Source: Chiloscyllium plagiosum (taxonomy: Eukaryota). Taken from it: a stretch of 64,000 bases of DNA. Position numbers and translations under genes: made by a program. Location of the stretch: positions 52,050,522 to 52,114,521 of the forward strand of contig NC_057718.1 in the NCBI RefSeq assembly GCF_004010195.1. The letters are read 5' to 3'. A model generated the notes under the pieces. That model had not been told where the DNA came from, searched no databases, and worked only from the letters and a program-made list of their open reading frames with translations. Positions 1 through 12,000 of this stretch are shown here, one piece after another (within the stretch, counting starts at the first letter, position 1; each line of letters begins with the position of its first letter).

Positions 1-160
1 TCCAAAGATGTGCAGGTTAGGTGAATTGGCCATGCTAAATTGCCCGTAGTGTTAGGTAAGGGGTAAATGTAGGGGTATGGGTGGGTTGTGCTTTGGCGGG
101 GCAGTGTGGACTTGTTGGGCCGAAGGGCCTGTTTCCACACTGTAAATAATCTAATCTAAT
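1..160 (+). mobile_element. HE1-like/V-SINE, 3' half (cut off by window start)
   Basis: V-domain tccaaagatgtgcaggttaggtgaattggccatgctaaattgccc, CR1-like tail gggccgaagggcctgtttccacactgta and (TCTAA)n end; same as full copies at 40202 and 52317. Confidence 0.85.
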
Positions 161-776
161 GCAGATGATGTTCTAGTTTTCTTGACAAATCCAGCAGTTT
201 CAGTGCCTTGCCTGATACAATGCATTCACGCGTTTGGCGCTTTTTCAGGGTATAAGATTAATTTTGCTAAATCAGAGGCAATGCCTATGGATGGTCTTAC
301 GAAAGAGTTGGCTCTTGAGAGTGACTATAGATTCCCATTGAGGTGGTCACAGGGGGGCTTTGTGTATTTGGGCATATTTATTACTCCAGTTCTGGATTGG
401 CTAATCAAAGCCAATTTTACTCAATTATTTGAAAAAATTAAACAAGATCTCCAAAGATGGGAGGCACTTCCAGTCTCATGGTTGGGTCGGATAGCGCTTA
501 TCAAGATGAATATTCTCCCTTGTTTGCTAAACCCTATACGGATGCTCCCCCTGATTTTCAATAAACAAACACTCAGGAGACTGAACAGTTGGTTCAGCTC
601 CTTTATCTGGCATCATAAACGGCCCCTCATTAAAATAGCCAAACTGCAGTTGCCTCACAGATTGGGGGGAGTAGACCTTCCGGACATTAAAAATTACCAA
701 TTAAGCTCGCTTTGGACCTACGTAAGTGATTGGGTTTGTGGGGACCCTCTTTCAATATGGCTAGATATCGAAGTCT

Positions 777-888
777 GCTGAAAATGTGTTGCTGGAATAG
801 CGCAGCAGGTCAGGCAGCATCCAGGGAACAGGAGAATCGACGTTTCGGGCATAAGCCCTCCTTGAAGAAGCTCTCTTCCTCCCTCTAC
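777..888 (-). mobile_element. PLE terminal-repeat fragment (family A) inserted in L1 with 16-bp TSD
   Basis: TSD ctagatatcgaagtct at 761-776 and 889-904; insert matches the arm of the 1925-2144 element. Confidence 0.85.
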
Positions 889-1924
889 CTAGATATCGAA
901 GTCTCCCAGGCAAGGTGCCCCCTTACCAGTTTGCTGTTTTTAGACAAGGTGAGGACAGTTAGGGAATATTGCCATAACCCAATAGTCATCAATACTGTTA
1001 AAGCATGGAGGGCAATTCGGCAGAGGGAAGGTAATATTGGCAAAACATCTTTGTTTACACCTTTAGTGGGTATGCCGAATTTTCAACCAGGTATGACAGA
1101 TTCAGGATTTAAACGTTGGGCAGCTAGGGGTATACCTTGCATGGGTGATTTATTTGAGGGAGATGTCATGATGTCCTTCGATCAGTTAATACGGAAGTAC
1201 AAGTTACCTAATAGAGACCTCTTTAGTTTTTTTCAAGTTAGGGATTTTATTCAAAAAAGGACCACACTTTTGACTGATCCCTACAAATCTGACATAGAAA
1301 GAGGGGTACTAAGGGCTAAGAGTACACTCTCTGTCAGTACTCTATATCACCAGTTGGGGGGTGCCACCTCAGATGAGTCTGATCGACTCTGCAAGATGTG
1401 GGAAAGAGAGCTGGGTGTTGAAGTTTCTTCAGAGGCATGGGAGGATATTTGGGAGAATGCAAGGAAGATATCAATTTGCAATAGGACCCATGCTTTACAG
1501 TTGAAGATTCTCCACAGGGTCCACTTAGCCCCAGACCATATGTCAAAATTTAAACCAGGGGTATCTTCAGCATTTCCCAAGTGCAAGGTCTGTACGGATA
1601 CTCTTACCCATTGTCTTTGGTCTTGCTGACAGCCTTCAAACACATTGGAACGCTGTGGTGGGTGCAATGGAGAGGATTTTAGGTGTAGGGGTGGAGAAGG
1701 ACCCTATTTCGCTCCTTTTTGGGCCTACCCATTGTATTTCCTGCAGACTCGCATAAGGCAAAACTTTTCAATATTCTTACATTCTGTGCAAGGAAGAATA
1801 TCTTGCTAGGTTGGATATCAGAAATCCCCCCAGGCCTGTCGGGTTGGCGGAAGATTGTTATGGAGCATATTTCCCTGGATTTTCTCACAAATATGGTACA
1901 CCACAAAACTGAGAATTTTTACAA

Positions 1925-2144
1925 CTGGAAATGTGTTGCTGGAAAAGCGCAGCAGGTCAGGCAGCATCCAGGGAACAGGAGAATCGACGTTTCGGGCATA
2001 AGCCCTTCTTCAGGAATCCTGAAGAAGGGCTTATGCCCGAAACGTCGATTCTCCTGTTCCCTGGATGCTGCCTGACCTGCTGCGCTTTTCCAGCAACACA
2101 GTTCCAGCTCTGATCTCCAGCATCTGCAGACCTCACTTTCTCCT
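1925..2144 (+). mobile_element. Palindromic PLE-derived element (family A) with 91-bp arms and 16-bp TSD
   Basis: Arms 1925-2015 and 2017-2107 are reverse complements with one mismatch; tail ctctgatctccagcatctgcagacctcactttctcct; TSD ctgagaatttttacaa at 1909-1924 and 2145-2160. Confidence 0.9.
2014..2051 (+). ncRNA. Minimal type I hammerhead ribozyme motif (mirror copy on - strand at ~1981-2018)
   Basis: GAAUC-CUGAAGA-A-GGGC(UUAU)GCCC-GAAAC-GUC^-GAUUC: stem I GAAUC/GAUUC, conserved core boxes, stem II, palindromic ACGU stem III, GUC cleavage triplet. Activity not testable from sequence. Confidence 0.75.
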
Positions 2145-3199
2145 CTGAGAATTTTTACAAGACATGGCAACCCTTTTTGAAATACCTGGACACAGATTTA
2201 TCTGCCATACCAACAAGGGCTTTTATATAGCCGTAACGATTGTGTTTCATGAGTCCAATATCCAGGGAGGAGGAACTGTGAATGTATGAGTGTTTTGTTT
2301 GGCTGGGCTGAGTTATTACTGTTTATTTGTTTGTTGTTAGGCATTTATTTAGTTAGTTAAATAGCTAGTTTAGGGTTTTTTAAAATTTTATACTTCTCTA
2401 TATATATGTTTATACATTCGTATAGGAGGGTGGGTTGGGGAATTTTTTTTATTATTTGGGTTTAGTTTTGTATTATTTTTGTACTGTTTTGAATTGCATT
2501 GTTTTGTATTTGTTGTAATAGTTAAAAATCTATTTTTCTTAATAAAAATATATTATAATAAAACATTATTTTCTACTAAAAAAAAAGTTGGGCTCATCTG
2601 TGTGTGTGTGTGTGATACTGCAAGTTGCTATCTGTGAATAGTTGCATTTATATGAAGAGAATGTGCAATATCATCGAAGTTTGTGCCATTTATTGAATAA
2701 GTGTAAGGTTTCTACTGTCTGGAGATGGTGAACTATGATCTTTTGCTCCTGTTTTCCTTTCTAAAACTGATGCATTACGACCTGTATGTGCTGTGACACT
2801 TGATGATTACCAGACATTGATAACTGTGAAATCCCTCAATCTACCTTTGTCTCCAGCTGTCACAGGCTTGAGGCAGCATTATTAATCTCAGGGTTTATTG
2901 GAGGTGATTTCATCCTGCTTCTTCCACTGATGTTTGCACAGGGCTTTTGTTTTACTCTCAATTTCAAAACAGCTCCTCAAAAGGACTTCTAATGGAGCCG
3001 ACAGACACAGATGCACCATTTGGATAATTCAGCTTCTCTGTTCAATGGGAGGCCTACTTTCTCAGGCATCACATTTATTTGAGTAGGAACCACTCTTAGA
3101 AAAAAATTTAAACTTAGAAATGTGACTAAATGTATCTCACATGTCATTCTAAGCTAGCTCAACCTGGAACAGAAAATTATATTGCTTCAATAGTGGTCT

Positions 3200-3800
3200 C
3201 TCTAGGATTCCTGGGAAGTTCTCTTCTATTTTCTCCCATAAGGATAGATTCAAAGTACTTGCTTAGTTTTTCTATCTTTCCTTATTCCACATTATAAATT
3301 ATTGTACCTCTGTCTGCTATGCCACCCTCTCCCCTCATTCCCTTGAATATAATAAATGATTGCTTTAAATATATTGAAGCTTGTACAGTTTGTTGTTATG
3401 TTTCTATTTTCTCTAGCGCAGTTTCATGTCCTATGCTCTCTTTCTTTGCCAGTTTCTTGGTCATCCTTTGCTATAAAATGTTACAAATCCTTAGTCTTTG
3501 CAGTCTTTGATCGCTGAATGGTGTAAAACACTACACATTGCTTGTTTAATGTAATACTTTTCAATTTTGATTCCAAATCTGCAAAACACATTTTGCCCTG
3601 CATACCTTTGTGCTTGGCTTTGTTTAGATTTAAGATCCCACTTTGATATTGTACTAGTTTTGAACTTAATCTAAAATTCTATCATATTATGGTCACTGTT
3701 CCCGAGAGATCCTTTATGATAAGATTATTAATTAGATCTAAATTAGGCTGCTCTCTATTAGGTTCCTCAATTTACTGTATTAGAGAACTGCCTTGCATAC
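3200..3800 (-). mobile_element. Highly decayed CR1 ORF2 fragments
   Basis: Patches such as aaagtacttgcttagtttttct and atcatattatggtcactgttccc (rev: GNSDHNMI, the APE SDH motif). Confidence 0.5.
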
Positions 3801-3907
3801 ATTCCACTAGGTGTATCTTGTCTGTACGTAGACATAAAACCTATATATATTACCCTTGTTACATGTACTTTTAATTTCCTGGTTAGCGTCAAGGGGGGAT
3901 TATTACG

Positions 3908-4625
3908 TAGTTGTGGGTATGTTCGCTGCAATGAAGTTGATTTGCAGATGTTTCATCCCTGTCTAGGTGACATACTCAGTGCTTTGGAGCTTCCTATGAA
4001 GTGCTGCTGTATTGTGTCTTCTGGAGTTAAAAATCACACAACACCACGTTATAGTCCAACAGGTTTAATTGGAAGCACTAGCTTTAGCCTTTGGAGTGTC
4101 GCTCCTTCATTATACATTGAACAATACCTTGATTGTCTGTTGAGTCTTTCATCTGTTCGAATACCCTGATAGTTTCACTTCTTTCATGTGTAAATCACAA
4201 AATGTTTTTTTAAAAGTTGCATTCTCCAGTTAACTGTAACAATTGGTGATAGCTAGACAATATGTTGAAGGTGTTAGCCCTCTGTGTTCTCTGTCTATGC
4301 CATAATGCTTAGATTGATTCTAATCTAAAAAGTGAGATAACAGAGTTTTACATGTGTTGTCCCCTTGAATTTGTGGTCCTTGTCATTTGTGTTTCCATTC
4401 TGTCCTACAGTGATGGCCTGTTTGATTATTGTTCTCTGTTTTTGAAATTAACAAACTTTGGCATGCGATTTCTTGTCTGTACCTATGTAGTCGGTTGTGT
4501 GTGTCTGTAATCATAACCTGGATCATCCTGAGATCACTTTGTCTGACTGTTTCTCTGGCATGTGGGTTGTTGATTGGTGGTCTATACCTGACACAGGATG
4601 GTAGCATTTGATTCCTTCGGCATCC
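3908..4625 (-). mobile_element. Nested PLE remnants: family C (Poseidon-like) terminal repeat and GIY-YIG remnant with a family B 3' end inserted at ~4025-4355
   Basis: 3910-4020 resembles 38670-38770; 4025-4110 matches 30575-30657; 4110-4355 is the reverse complement of ~30980-31215. Confidence 0.7.
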
Positions 4626-4784
4626 AGGTAGAGATTATTACCTTTGAGGACTGTTGTCTCTAAGTAGAAGCACTTGGCTCATATTCCCTAAGTTGATTAC
4701 AACAAATGGACCCATCCTGTCTTACTGCATGTTCCTCTCCAACACAAAGTAGATACCCTTATCCTTGGCACCAAAATTCCAGAA

Positions 4785-6035
4785 TCTCAGAATTGGAACA
4801 GCACAGAAGGAGGCCATTTAGCCCATTGTGTCTGTACTGGCTCTCCAAATAAACATCTCACCGGCTGCCATTTTCCTGCATTGTTCCCATAATCTTGCAT
4901 ATTGTTCCTTTTCAAATATTTATCTAACATCTTTTGACAGCCTCAATTGAAATTGCCCCCAACACAGTCTCAGGTAGCACATTACAGACCCCATCTTCTA
5001 GTGTGAAAATAAAACACTTTTCCATCCAGATTACTTTTGCTACTTTAAGTAATTACTTTAACTCGATTCTCTCATTGTTTGTCAAAAGATGAGAACACTT
5101 TCTTTCTCTTTTCTCTGTCTCTACTTCTCATGATTCTGAATTCTTTACTTAGATCTCCTTTCAGACTTCTCTTCTCCAAGGAGAACAGTTTGCATTCTTC
5201 AACCTATCTTCATAACTCAAATTCTTCATGCTCAAAGCCATCCTCATGAACTTTTTCTGCATGCCGTCCAATGTCGTCATATTCTTACTAAAGTTACGCT
5301 CCGGAACTGGATGCAATACTCCAGCTGAGACCAACTGATATATCTTTGGGATAAGCTCAGTATTCTTGTACTCCATGCCTCTAATTAATATCTAGGATAT
5401 GGTATGCATTATTAACTGCTGTCTCAACCTATTCTATCACCTTTAATGATTTATGCACTTGCATATCTAGGTCCCTCTATTGCAGTTTGGAGTACTACTT
5501 TTGAGTTGTACCCTTTAATTTACATGGTCTCTCCATGTCCTGCCTTCCAAACTTATCACTTCACGATTCTGTGCATTGAACTTCATCAGCTGCGAAACCA
5601 ACCCCTTCTCCAATTTGTCCCTGTTTTATAGAAATTCTACACTGTCCTCCTCACAGTTCACAATGCCTCCAAGGTTCATAATATCCACAAATTATTTAAA
5701 CTGTGCCCTTTACACAAAACGTTTAGATCATTGATACAAATCAGGCGAAGCAAGGACCTCCACACTAACCTCCGAGGAAGTCCACCATAAACTTTCCCCA
5801 GTAACTGTTACATTCTGTTTTCTGTCACTCAGTAAGTTTTGTAACTATGTTACTACTGTCCTTATTATTACCCAGTCTCTAACTTTATTCTGTGTGGCGC
5901 ACTGTATCAAATGTCTTCAGACGTCCATGTACACCACATCAAAATCCTTGCCCAGCTTAACTATCTTTGTTAGTCATGTAAAATAAAACGTATTAGTTAA
6001 ATATGATTCTTCTTTAAGAGTTCTGCACTGGCTCT
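4785..6035 (-). mobile_element. CR1 LINE 3' fragment
   Basis: Tail cagcacagaaggaggccatttagcccatt; minus-strand peptide LDGMQKKFMRMALSMKNLSYEDRLK typical of the CR1 ORF2 C-terminus. Confidence 0.75.
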
Positions 6036-6140
6036 TTGGGCAACATAGCATTCGGACTTGTGCAGCCAGATGCACAACACTGACTTATACATACTGTTTC
6101 CTATTATCACTTCATTCCTGTTAAGTTCCATCACTTAAAT

Positions 6141-6495
6141 GATTAGATTAGAGTTAGAATCTCTACAGTATGGAAACAGCCCTTCGACCCAACAAGTCCT
6201 GACTAACCTTCCGAACAGTAACCTACCCAGACCCACTCCCCTACCCAGACCCATTCCCCTACCCTATCTTTACCCCTGACTAATACACCTAACATTATGG
6301 GCAGTTTAGCATGGCCAATTTACCTAACATGCACATCTTTGGATTGTGGGAGGAAACCAGAGAACCTGGAGGAAACCCATGCAGACACGGGAAGAATGTG
6401 CAAACTCTACACATTAAGTTGCCCGAGGCTGGAATCAAACTGGGGTACCTGATGCTGTGAGGCAGCGTGCTAAACACTGAGCCACTGTGCCACCC
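6141..6495 (-). mobile_element. HE1-like/V-SINE, full length
   Basis: tRNA-like head (rev: gggtggcacagtggctcagtg), V-domain, (TTAGA)n tail on + strand. Confidence 0.85.
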
Positions 6496-6699
6496 CAGTT
6501 ACCTGTGCCATGGAGATATGATCAGTTTGTTCATTCACCCTGAGCCTCCATATTCATCCATATAAAGAGGCTGCTAGAAGCTCAACTCTGTTGGACAGCT
6601 ACAAGAGATGAAGCTCCATTACTTTTAACTTCTCAACCCCCATACATTACTCTCTCATGGTCAAACTATCCCGTTCCTGATCATGGACAAAATCAGACA

Positions 6700-6868
6700 G
6701 GGAGAAAGTGAGGGCTGCAGAGGCTGGAGATCAGAGCTGAAAAATGTGTTGCTGGAAAAGCACAGCAGGTCAGGCAGCATCGAAGGAGCAGGAGAATCGA
6801 CGTTTCGGGCATAAGCCCTTCTTCAGGATTCCTGAAGAAGGGTTTATGCCCGAAACGTCGATTCTCCT
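6700..6868 (-). mobile_element. Palindromic PLE-derived element (family A), one arm truncated, 13-bp TSD
   Basis: Fold-back centre cagga-t-tcctg at 6824-6834; TSD acaaaatcagaca 6687-6699 / acaaagtcagaca 6869-6881 (one mismatch); hammerhead cores on both strands. Confidence 0.85.
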
Positions 6869-7924
6869 ACAAAGTCAGACAACCTTATCCAAAGGGGTGT
6901 GATTACCCCCGGACCAAAACCGTCCAGAAAACTTTCCTCATCACCAATATGTTACAATGTTTGCATTTCAGCTTCCAATTAAATGATTCAGAGTCAAAAT
7001 TTGTCCAGCTGCAGATACTTACTGCATGTGTATTTGTGTTGGATCACTGGATTTCCATGCGTCCCCACAGTCTGCAGCTGTCACCTGTATACCATCTTTA
7101 TAGTGTTTAATTAATGATTTTATTGATTTAATTTCAATTACTATCTTTAGTCCTGCATGTTTATATTATTTTCATTTCATAGCACTGTTAAATTATAGGT
7201 CCACCACACTCAGATAGTCTGGCACTGTCACAGTTACTGATACATATGGAGCTGTAGATTCAGATCATGATCCTACTTAAAACCTTAGTTCCACACTCGT
7301 GCCTTCATAATTACCAGGTTTTACATGAGAAACAGCAATCCCACTGAACACAGGAGGCCACACATTACCATAAACCCTATCATATGTAGTATCTGCCAGA
7401 GCCAAGCGGTAGGTGTGGATCAGGAATTTTATCAGGAAAGGTGTGATTGTCCACACAGATGTGCATCAATAGAGACTGCATATTACCTGTATTGCCAAAT
7501 GGGCTTTGAGAAGGAACAACAGGAAGCACACCCCATTATGACTGAGGCACGACAGATTATTTATTAGGATGAACCAAATGGTGAAACTGGGAACAGAGGA
7601 CAACCGTCAATCTCAAACCATCAAGAAGATCACCCAAGTCCAGTCAGTAAATCACAATTCTTCAAAGATTAAAGAAAACATATGGTAAGGAGAATACTGA
7701 AACATCCAGACCATCTAAATTTGTAAAGTCAAAGAGTTGGATAGGTTGTAGGAAATGCAAATATATAAACAAATGTATAACCATTAACCCATGAGTGAAA
7801 GAGAATGTAGGGTATGGCAGGGGTGAGATATGGTTTGTGGGTCTGAAAGGACTTGCAAAGATTTATCATTAATTCAGTGCAGTAAGCCTCATAACCTGTG
7901 ATGATATTGTGGGACTTGGCCAGG

Positions 7925-8030
7925 GCAAAGAAGAAATAAAAAGTGCTGAAGAAACTCAGTAGGTCTGGCAGCATCTGTGGGCAAAGAGAAGCAGAATTCA
8001 CATTTCAAGTCTGATATGATTTTCCTGCTG
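7925..8030 (-). mobile_element. Decayed PLE terminal repeat (family D)
   Basis: gctgaagaaactcagtaggtctggcagcatctgtgg; related to 20030-20125, 31548-31645 and 31888-31998. Confidence 0.6.
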
Positions 8031-8439
8031 ATTTAGAGCATCAGATTATTTTGCTATGATTGTTGCTACCTAGTAGTCTCTTCACAACAAGATCTAATTA
8101 CTCTAAAACCATTGCACAGTATCCTGACTAGTATAGCCTGTTCTTGGGTCAGCCCAACAACATGCTGTTCTAAGAAGCTACCCCAAAAACCTTGTGTGAA
8201 CTCCTCATCCAAGCTGCCTTTGCTCATCTGAATTTTTCAGCCCATATGTAGATTGAATTCTCCCTTGTTTCTCATTGTGCCTTACTGAAAAACTCTCATT
8301 ATTTCTTCTACTGAGTTTCACCCTACCAAACAGTTAGTCTAAGGGGGTTTGTATTCCATTTCCATAAGTGACTCATTGACGTTATCATTTTTTCTCTCTC
8401 ATCAAACTGTTTGCAATCAGTTTGAAGGAGAGAGGAGTA

Positions 8440-9826
8440 GGTTTAAAACTACTTCTTTAAAGTTAAATATGGGGACTTATGGGCTTGAAAACAGTGCTGA
8501 TTGAAGTAAATTAGCAAATTGGGTTAAAGCTTAGGTCAATAAAAATGCTGTGGAAGACTCTTAAGGGAATATTTTAGAATGCACAGATTAGATACATTAT
8601 AGCAAGTATGAAAAACGCTAATTGAATTCACATTTCATCACTGTTGGTCAGTCAAAAATCTTAGATACAATACTGCACTAAAAGCAAAAACATAATTATG
8701 GAAAAACAGGTAGCTGGTCAGAACACTGAACATAAAATTCTTAAAAGTGAAGAATGACTAAAAAAAAGATGGAAAACTTAAGAGGATTGGTGAAAGCTAA
8801 CCAGAAACAAAAAAATGATAGGAAGAATTTTGACAAATATTTAAAAAGAAAAGTTGACAAAATGTGCATTGGACTTGTAAAAAGTGAGCCTGAAGAATTA
8901 ACGATGGTAAATGTGAAAATGGTTAGTAAATTGAACAGGTATTTTACATCGCTCTTCAAAGTAGAAGATACAAATAATATCCAGAAGCAGTTGGCTATCA
9001 GGAACCTGAATGAAGGTGGGGGTGGGAGTGGGGGCGACTCAAGGATATCGTAATTGCCAGAGAAGTGGTTTTGAATAAATTGCAGGATTTGTGGACTGAC
9101 AAGTGCTCACCTCTGGGATTGATTATACCCGAGCATCTTAAAAGAAGTGGCCAGTGAAACAGTTGATAAATTGACATTCATGTTCTAAAATTAATTGATC
9201 TGGGATGATCCCATTAGATGCGAAGGTGGCAAATGCAATTTCTTTCATAAAAAAAATGAAGATAGAAAGCAGGAAACTACAGGCCCATTAACTTAATATC
9301 TGCCAAAAGGAAACGGTTTGATTCTATTATTAACGAAGTTATAGTAAGGCACTTAAAGATGTTCAAAGTAATCTGCAAAGTGAACATGATTTTGTGAAGG
9401 AAAATCGTGTTTGACCAATCCATTGTAGTTCTTTGAGGAGATATCACATTCTGTCAATGAAAGGGATCCCTTCACTTAGATTCCAGACCATTTATTAAGA
9501 TGCCACATCAAATATTATTGTGGAAAATAAAAGCTCAAGGTGTAAGGAATAACATGTTGGCACAATAGAAGATTGGCTAGTCAATAAGAAATGGCTAGAC
9601 ATCAATGGTCTATTTCTGGCTGGCAAGATGTAATGCATGGTAAGCCACAAGGATCCATGCTCACACCTCAACTGTTTACAATTTATACAAATGTCTTGGA
9701 TGAAGGATATGAAGATACTGTTGCCAAATTTGATGATGACGCAAAGGCAGGCATGGAAGTAAGTTATGAAAAGGACATTGGGAGGCTGCAGAAAGAAATT
9801 GAAAGCTTAAGTATGCATGCAAAGAA
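8440..9826 (+). mobile_element. CR1 LINE ORF2 (RT) fragment, decayed
   Basis: KLNRYFTSLF, GNYRPINLIS, GKPQGSMLTPQLFTIYTNVLD, AKFDDDAK (degenerate PQGS and FADD motifs). Confidence 0.85.
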
Positions 9827-10757
9827 TGCAGTGGTTCAAGTAGGCAGTTCAACACCACTTTCTCCTGTGCAATTTGGGATTGACAATAAATATTAGTGTA
9901 GCTACATCCCATGGATAAATAAAAGAAAGATTGCAGACCCAAATGTCATCACCAACTTTAGACAAGTTGCCTCTGAATGCAGAAAAAAAACTGTCAGCAG
10001 CTTTCTGACTTAATTAAAATGAGGCCCAAGGCTAAATTCTATGGAAGCCTCAGGCTTCCAACCTCTGGCGCAAACTTGCAGGACGCAGGACATTGTCTGT
10101 TTTGACATGAAAAATGAGCTGAAATCCATTTCTACTTGGCACTCTTTCAGTCCACTTCAGTATTTACAAAGGTTCTTCCATTATTTTAACAAATGTTAGT
10201 ATTCTCTTTCTAATGGCCAAGTTGAAAGCATATATATATAAAAATAAAATGAGAACACTGACCACCTGATACCATTTCTAACCATTCTGCAATCCGAGAA
10301 AAATCAATTTGCTTCTTGCTTTTTGCCCATCAATGCATTTTTTTCTTAATTTATGTGCAACGTTTTCCATTTTTATGTCTCAAATTTATTTATTTATTTA
10401 TACTCTTCAGCCAGAAACCTTTTCATAAATCTTTTGAAGGTCCATGTATGCTGCACTTACTGCATTTCTGTTGTCTATTCAATTAGTCACTTCTTTGAAA
10501 ATTTTTATGAATTTATCTTGCTTTCAACAAATCCATACTGGTTGTCCTTATTTAGCCTTGGGCCTCATTTTAATTAATTCAGAAAGCTGCTCACAGTTTT
10601 TCTGCATTCAGAGGCAACTTGTCTAAAGTTGGTGATGAAATTTGGGTCTGCTATCTTTCTTTTATTTGTCCATGGGATGTAGCTAGACTAATATTTATAG
10701 CCAATCCCAAATTGTCCAGGAGAAGGTGGTATTGAACTGCCTACTTGAGCCACTGCA
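9827..10757. repeat. Inverted duplication, arms 9827-10037 and 10550-10757
   Basis: Arms are reverse complements over ~210 bp with about 13 substitutions and one 3-bp indel by hand count; spacer includes a minus-strand CR1 remnant. Confidence 0.9.
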
Positions 10758-10974
10758 ATGTTTAGAATACAGTGAACTCTAAGCACTGTTAAGAAGGGAT
10801 CTCTTTCTACCTTATTGTACCACATGCTCCTTTAGACTCTCAAACTGCATTTTAAATATTTGTCCAAATCTGATATTTCTTACATTCTATAATTAACCTG
10901 GTGTATCAGTCATGTGTCTGGTAGTCATTGAGCACAGTGTTTCAGTGTTTTTTATCCTCTCTACTTCAGTGTGA

Positions 10975-12000
10975 TATGGTGGCACAATGGTAATGTTACC
11001 AATCTGGTAATCCAGAGGTTCGGACTAATGTTCAAAGGACACGTGATCAAATCCCTGAAGAACAGCAAGGAAAATAAGAAACCCAGCAATTCATTCACTC
11101 CACTATTGCTTTCAAAGTGAAAATCAATACTAATTCTATGAGGGCTGTCAAATAAATGCCAGGAATGGCACCAACTTACATAAAACGATGCACCAATTTG
11201 ATAATTCAATGGCATGTGCAACATGCATCCGAAGCAGTGGAAGCAGTACGTAATGGACAAAACAAAATTATTCCATAGAGATCAACAGATCAAAACAAAG
11301 CCTTGCAGTCTTGGCACATTTAATCATTGATGGTGGTGGTCAATTAAACGACAATCTAAAGAAGCCCTAAAAATATCCCCATCTTTAGTGATGGTGGACC
11401 CCAGCCTATCAGAGCAAAGGATAAGACTGACAGATTTGCAATCATCCTGAACAATGAGTCAATGACCCATTTCAATTTCCTCCTGAGGTCACTGATGTTA
11501 TAAAAGCTAGTCTTCAATCAATTCAATTTATTCCATATGCTATCAAAAAATGTCTAAGTCACAAAGGAAGATGATTGTGGTTTTTAAAGGTCATGAATTT
11601 CAACCCCAGGACATTGCTGCAAGTATTCCTCAGAGTGGCATCTTAAATCCAAACATCTTCAGTTATTTTATCACTGGCTTTCACTCTGCTATAGGGTCAG
11701 AAGTGGGAATACTCAGTTAGAATTGCAGAGCCTTCAGTTCTGTTCAGAACTTTTCAGATGCTGAAGTAGTTCCTGCTCAGATGATTGGCATTCCCAACTT
11801 AGAATAATAAGTACCAAGAAGTGCTGGGCATCTCCAAGAAGACAGAACACAACTACCTCCCCTTGACATTCAATGGCATTAATACTGACATTCTCGGGAG
11901 ACCACTTAAAAGAAATTTAACTGGGCCAGCTACATAATAACAGTGGCTACAATAGCAGGTTAAAAGATGGATACTTTGCAATGAATAACTTACCTCTCAA
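10975..12000 (+). mobile_element. Decayed L2/CR1-group LINE preceded by a tRNA-like head
   Basis: Head ggtggcacaatggtaatgttacc...gatcaaatccc (similar to 46170-46265); degenerate RT motif cctcagagtggcatcttaaatccaaacatcttcag (PQGS-like). Confidence 0.6.

Larger units (their letters stand above)
161..2586 (+). mobile_element. L1/Tx1-clade LINE, 3' part: ORF2 RT C-terminus, CCHC region, T-rich 3' UTR, A-rich end; interrupted by two PLE-derived insertions
   Basis: ADDVLVF at 161, then FGAFSGYKINFAKSE, YLGI, WLGRIALIKMNILP, GGVDLPD, CKVCTDTLTHCLWSC. Stop at ~2230, AATAAA at 2541, A-run 2578-2586. Removing the 128 bp (insert plus one TSD) at 777-904 joins ORFs 182..781 and 730..1629 in frame. Confidence 0.9.

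Noticed and set aside
1919..2170. Near-identical ORFs on both strands (CCWKSAAGQAASREQENRRFGHKPF...)
   Set aside because: A consequence of the DNA palindrome in a non-coding terminal repeat; not evidence of a protein.
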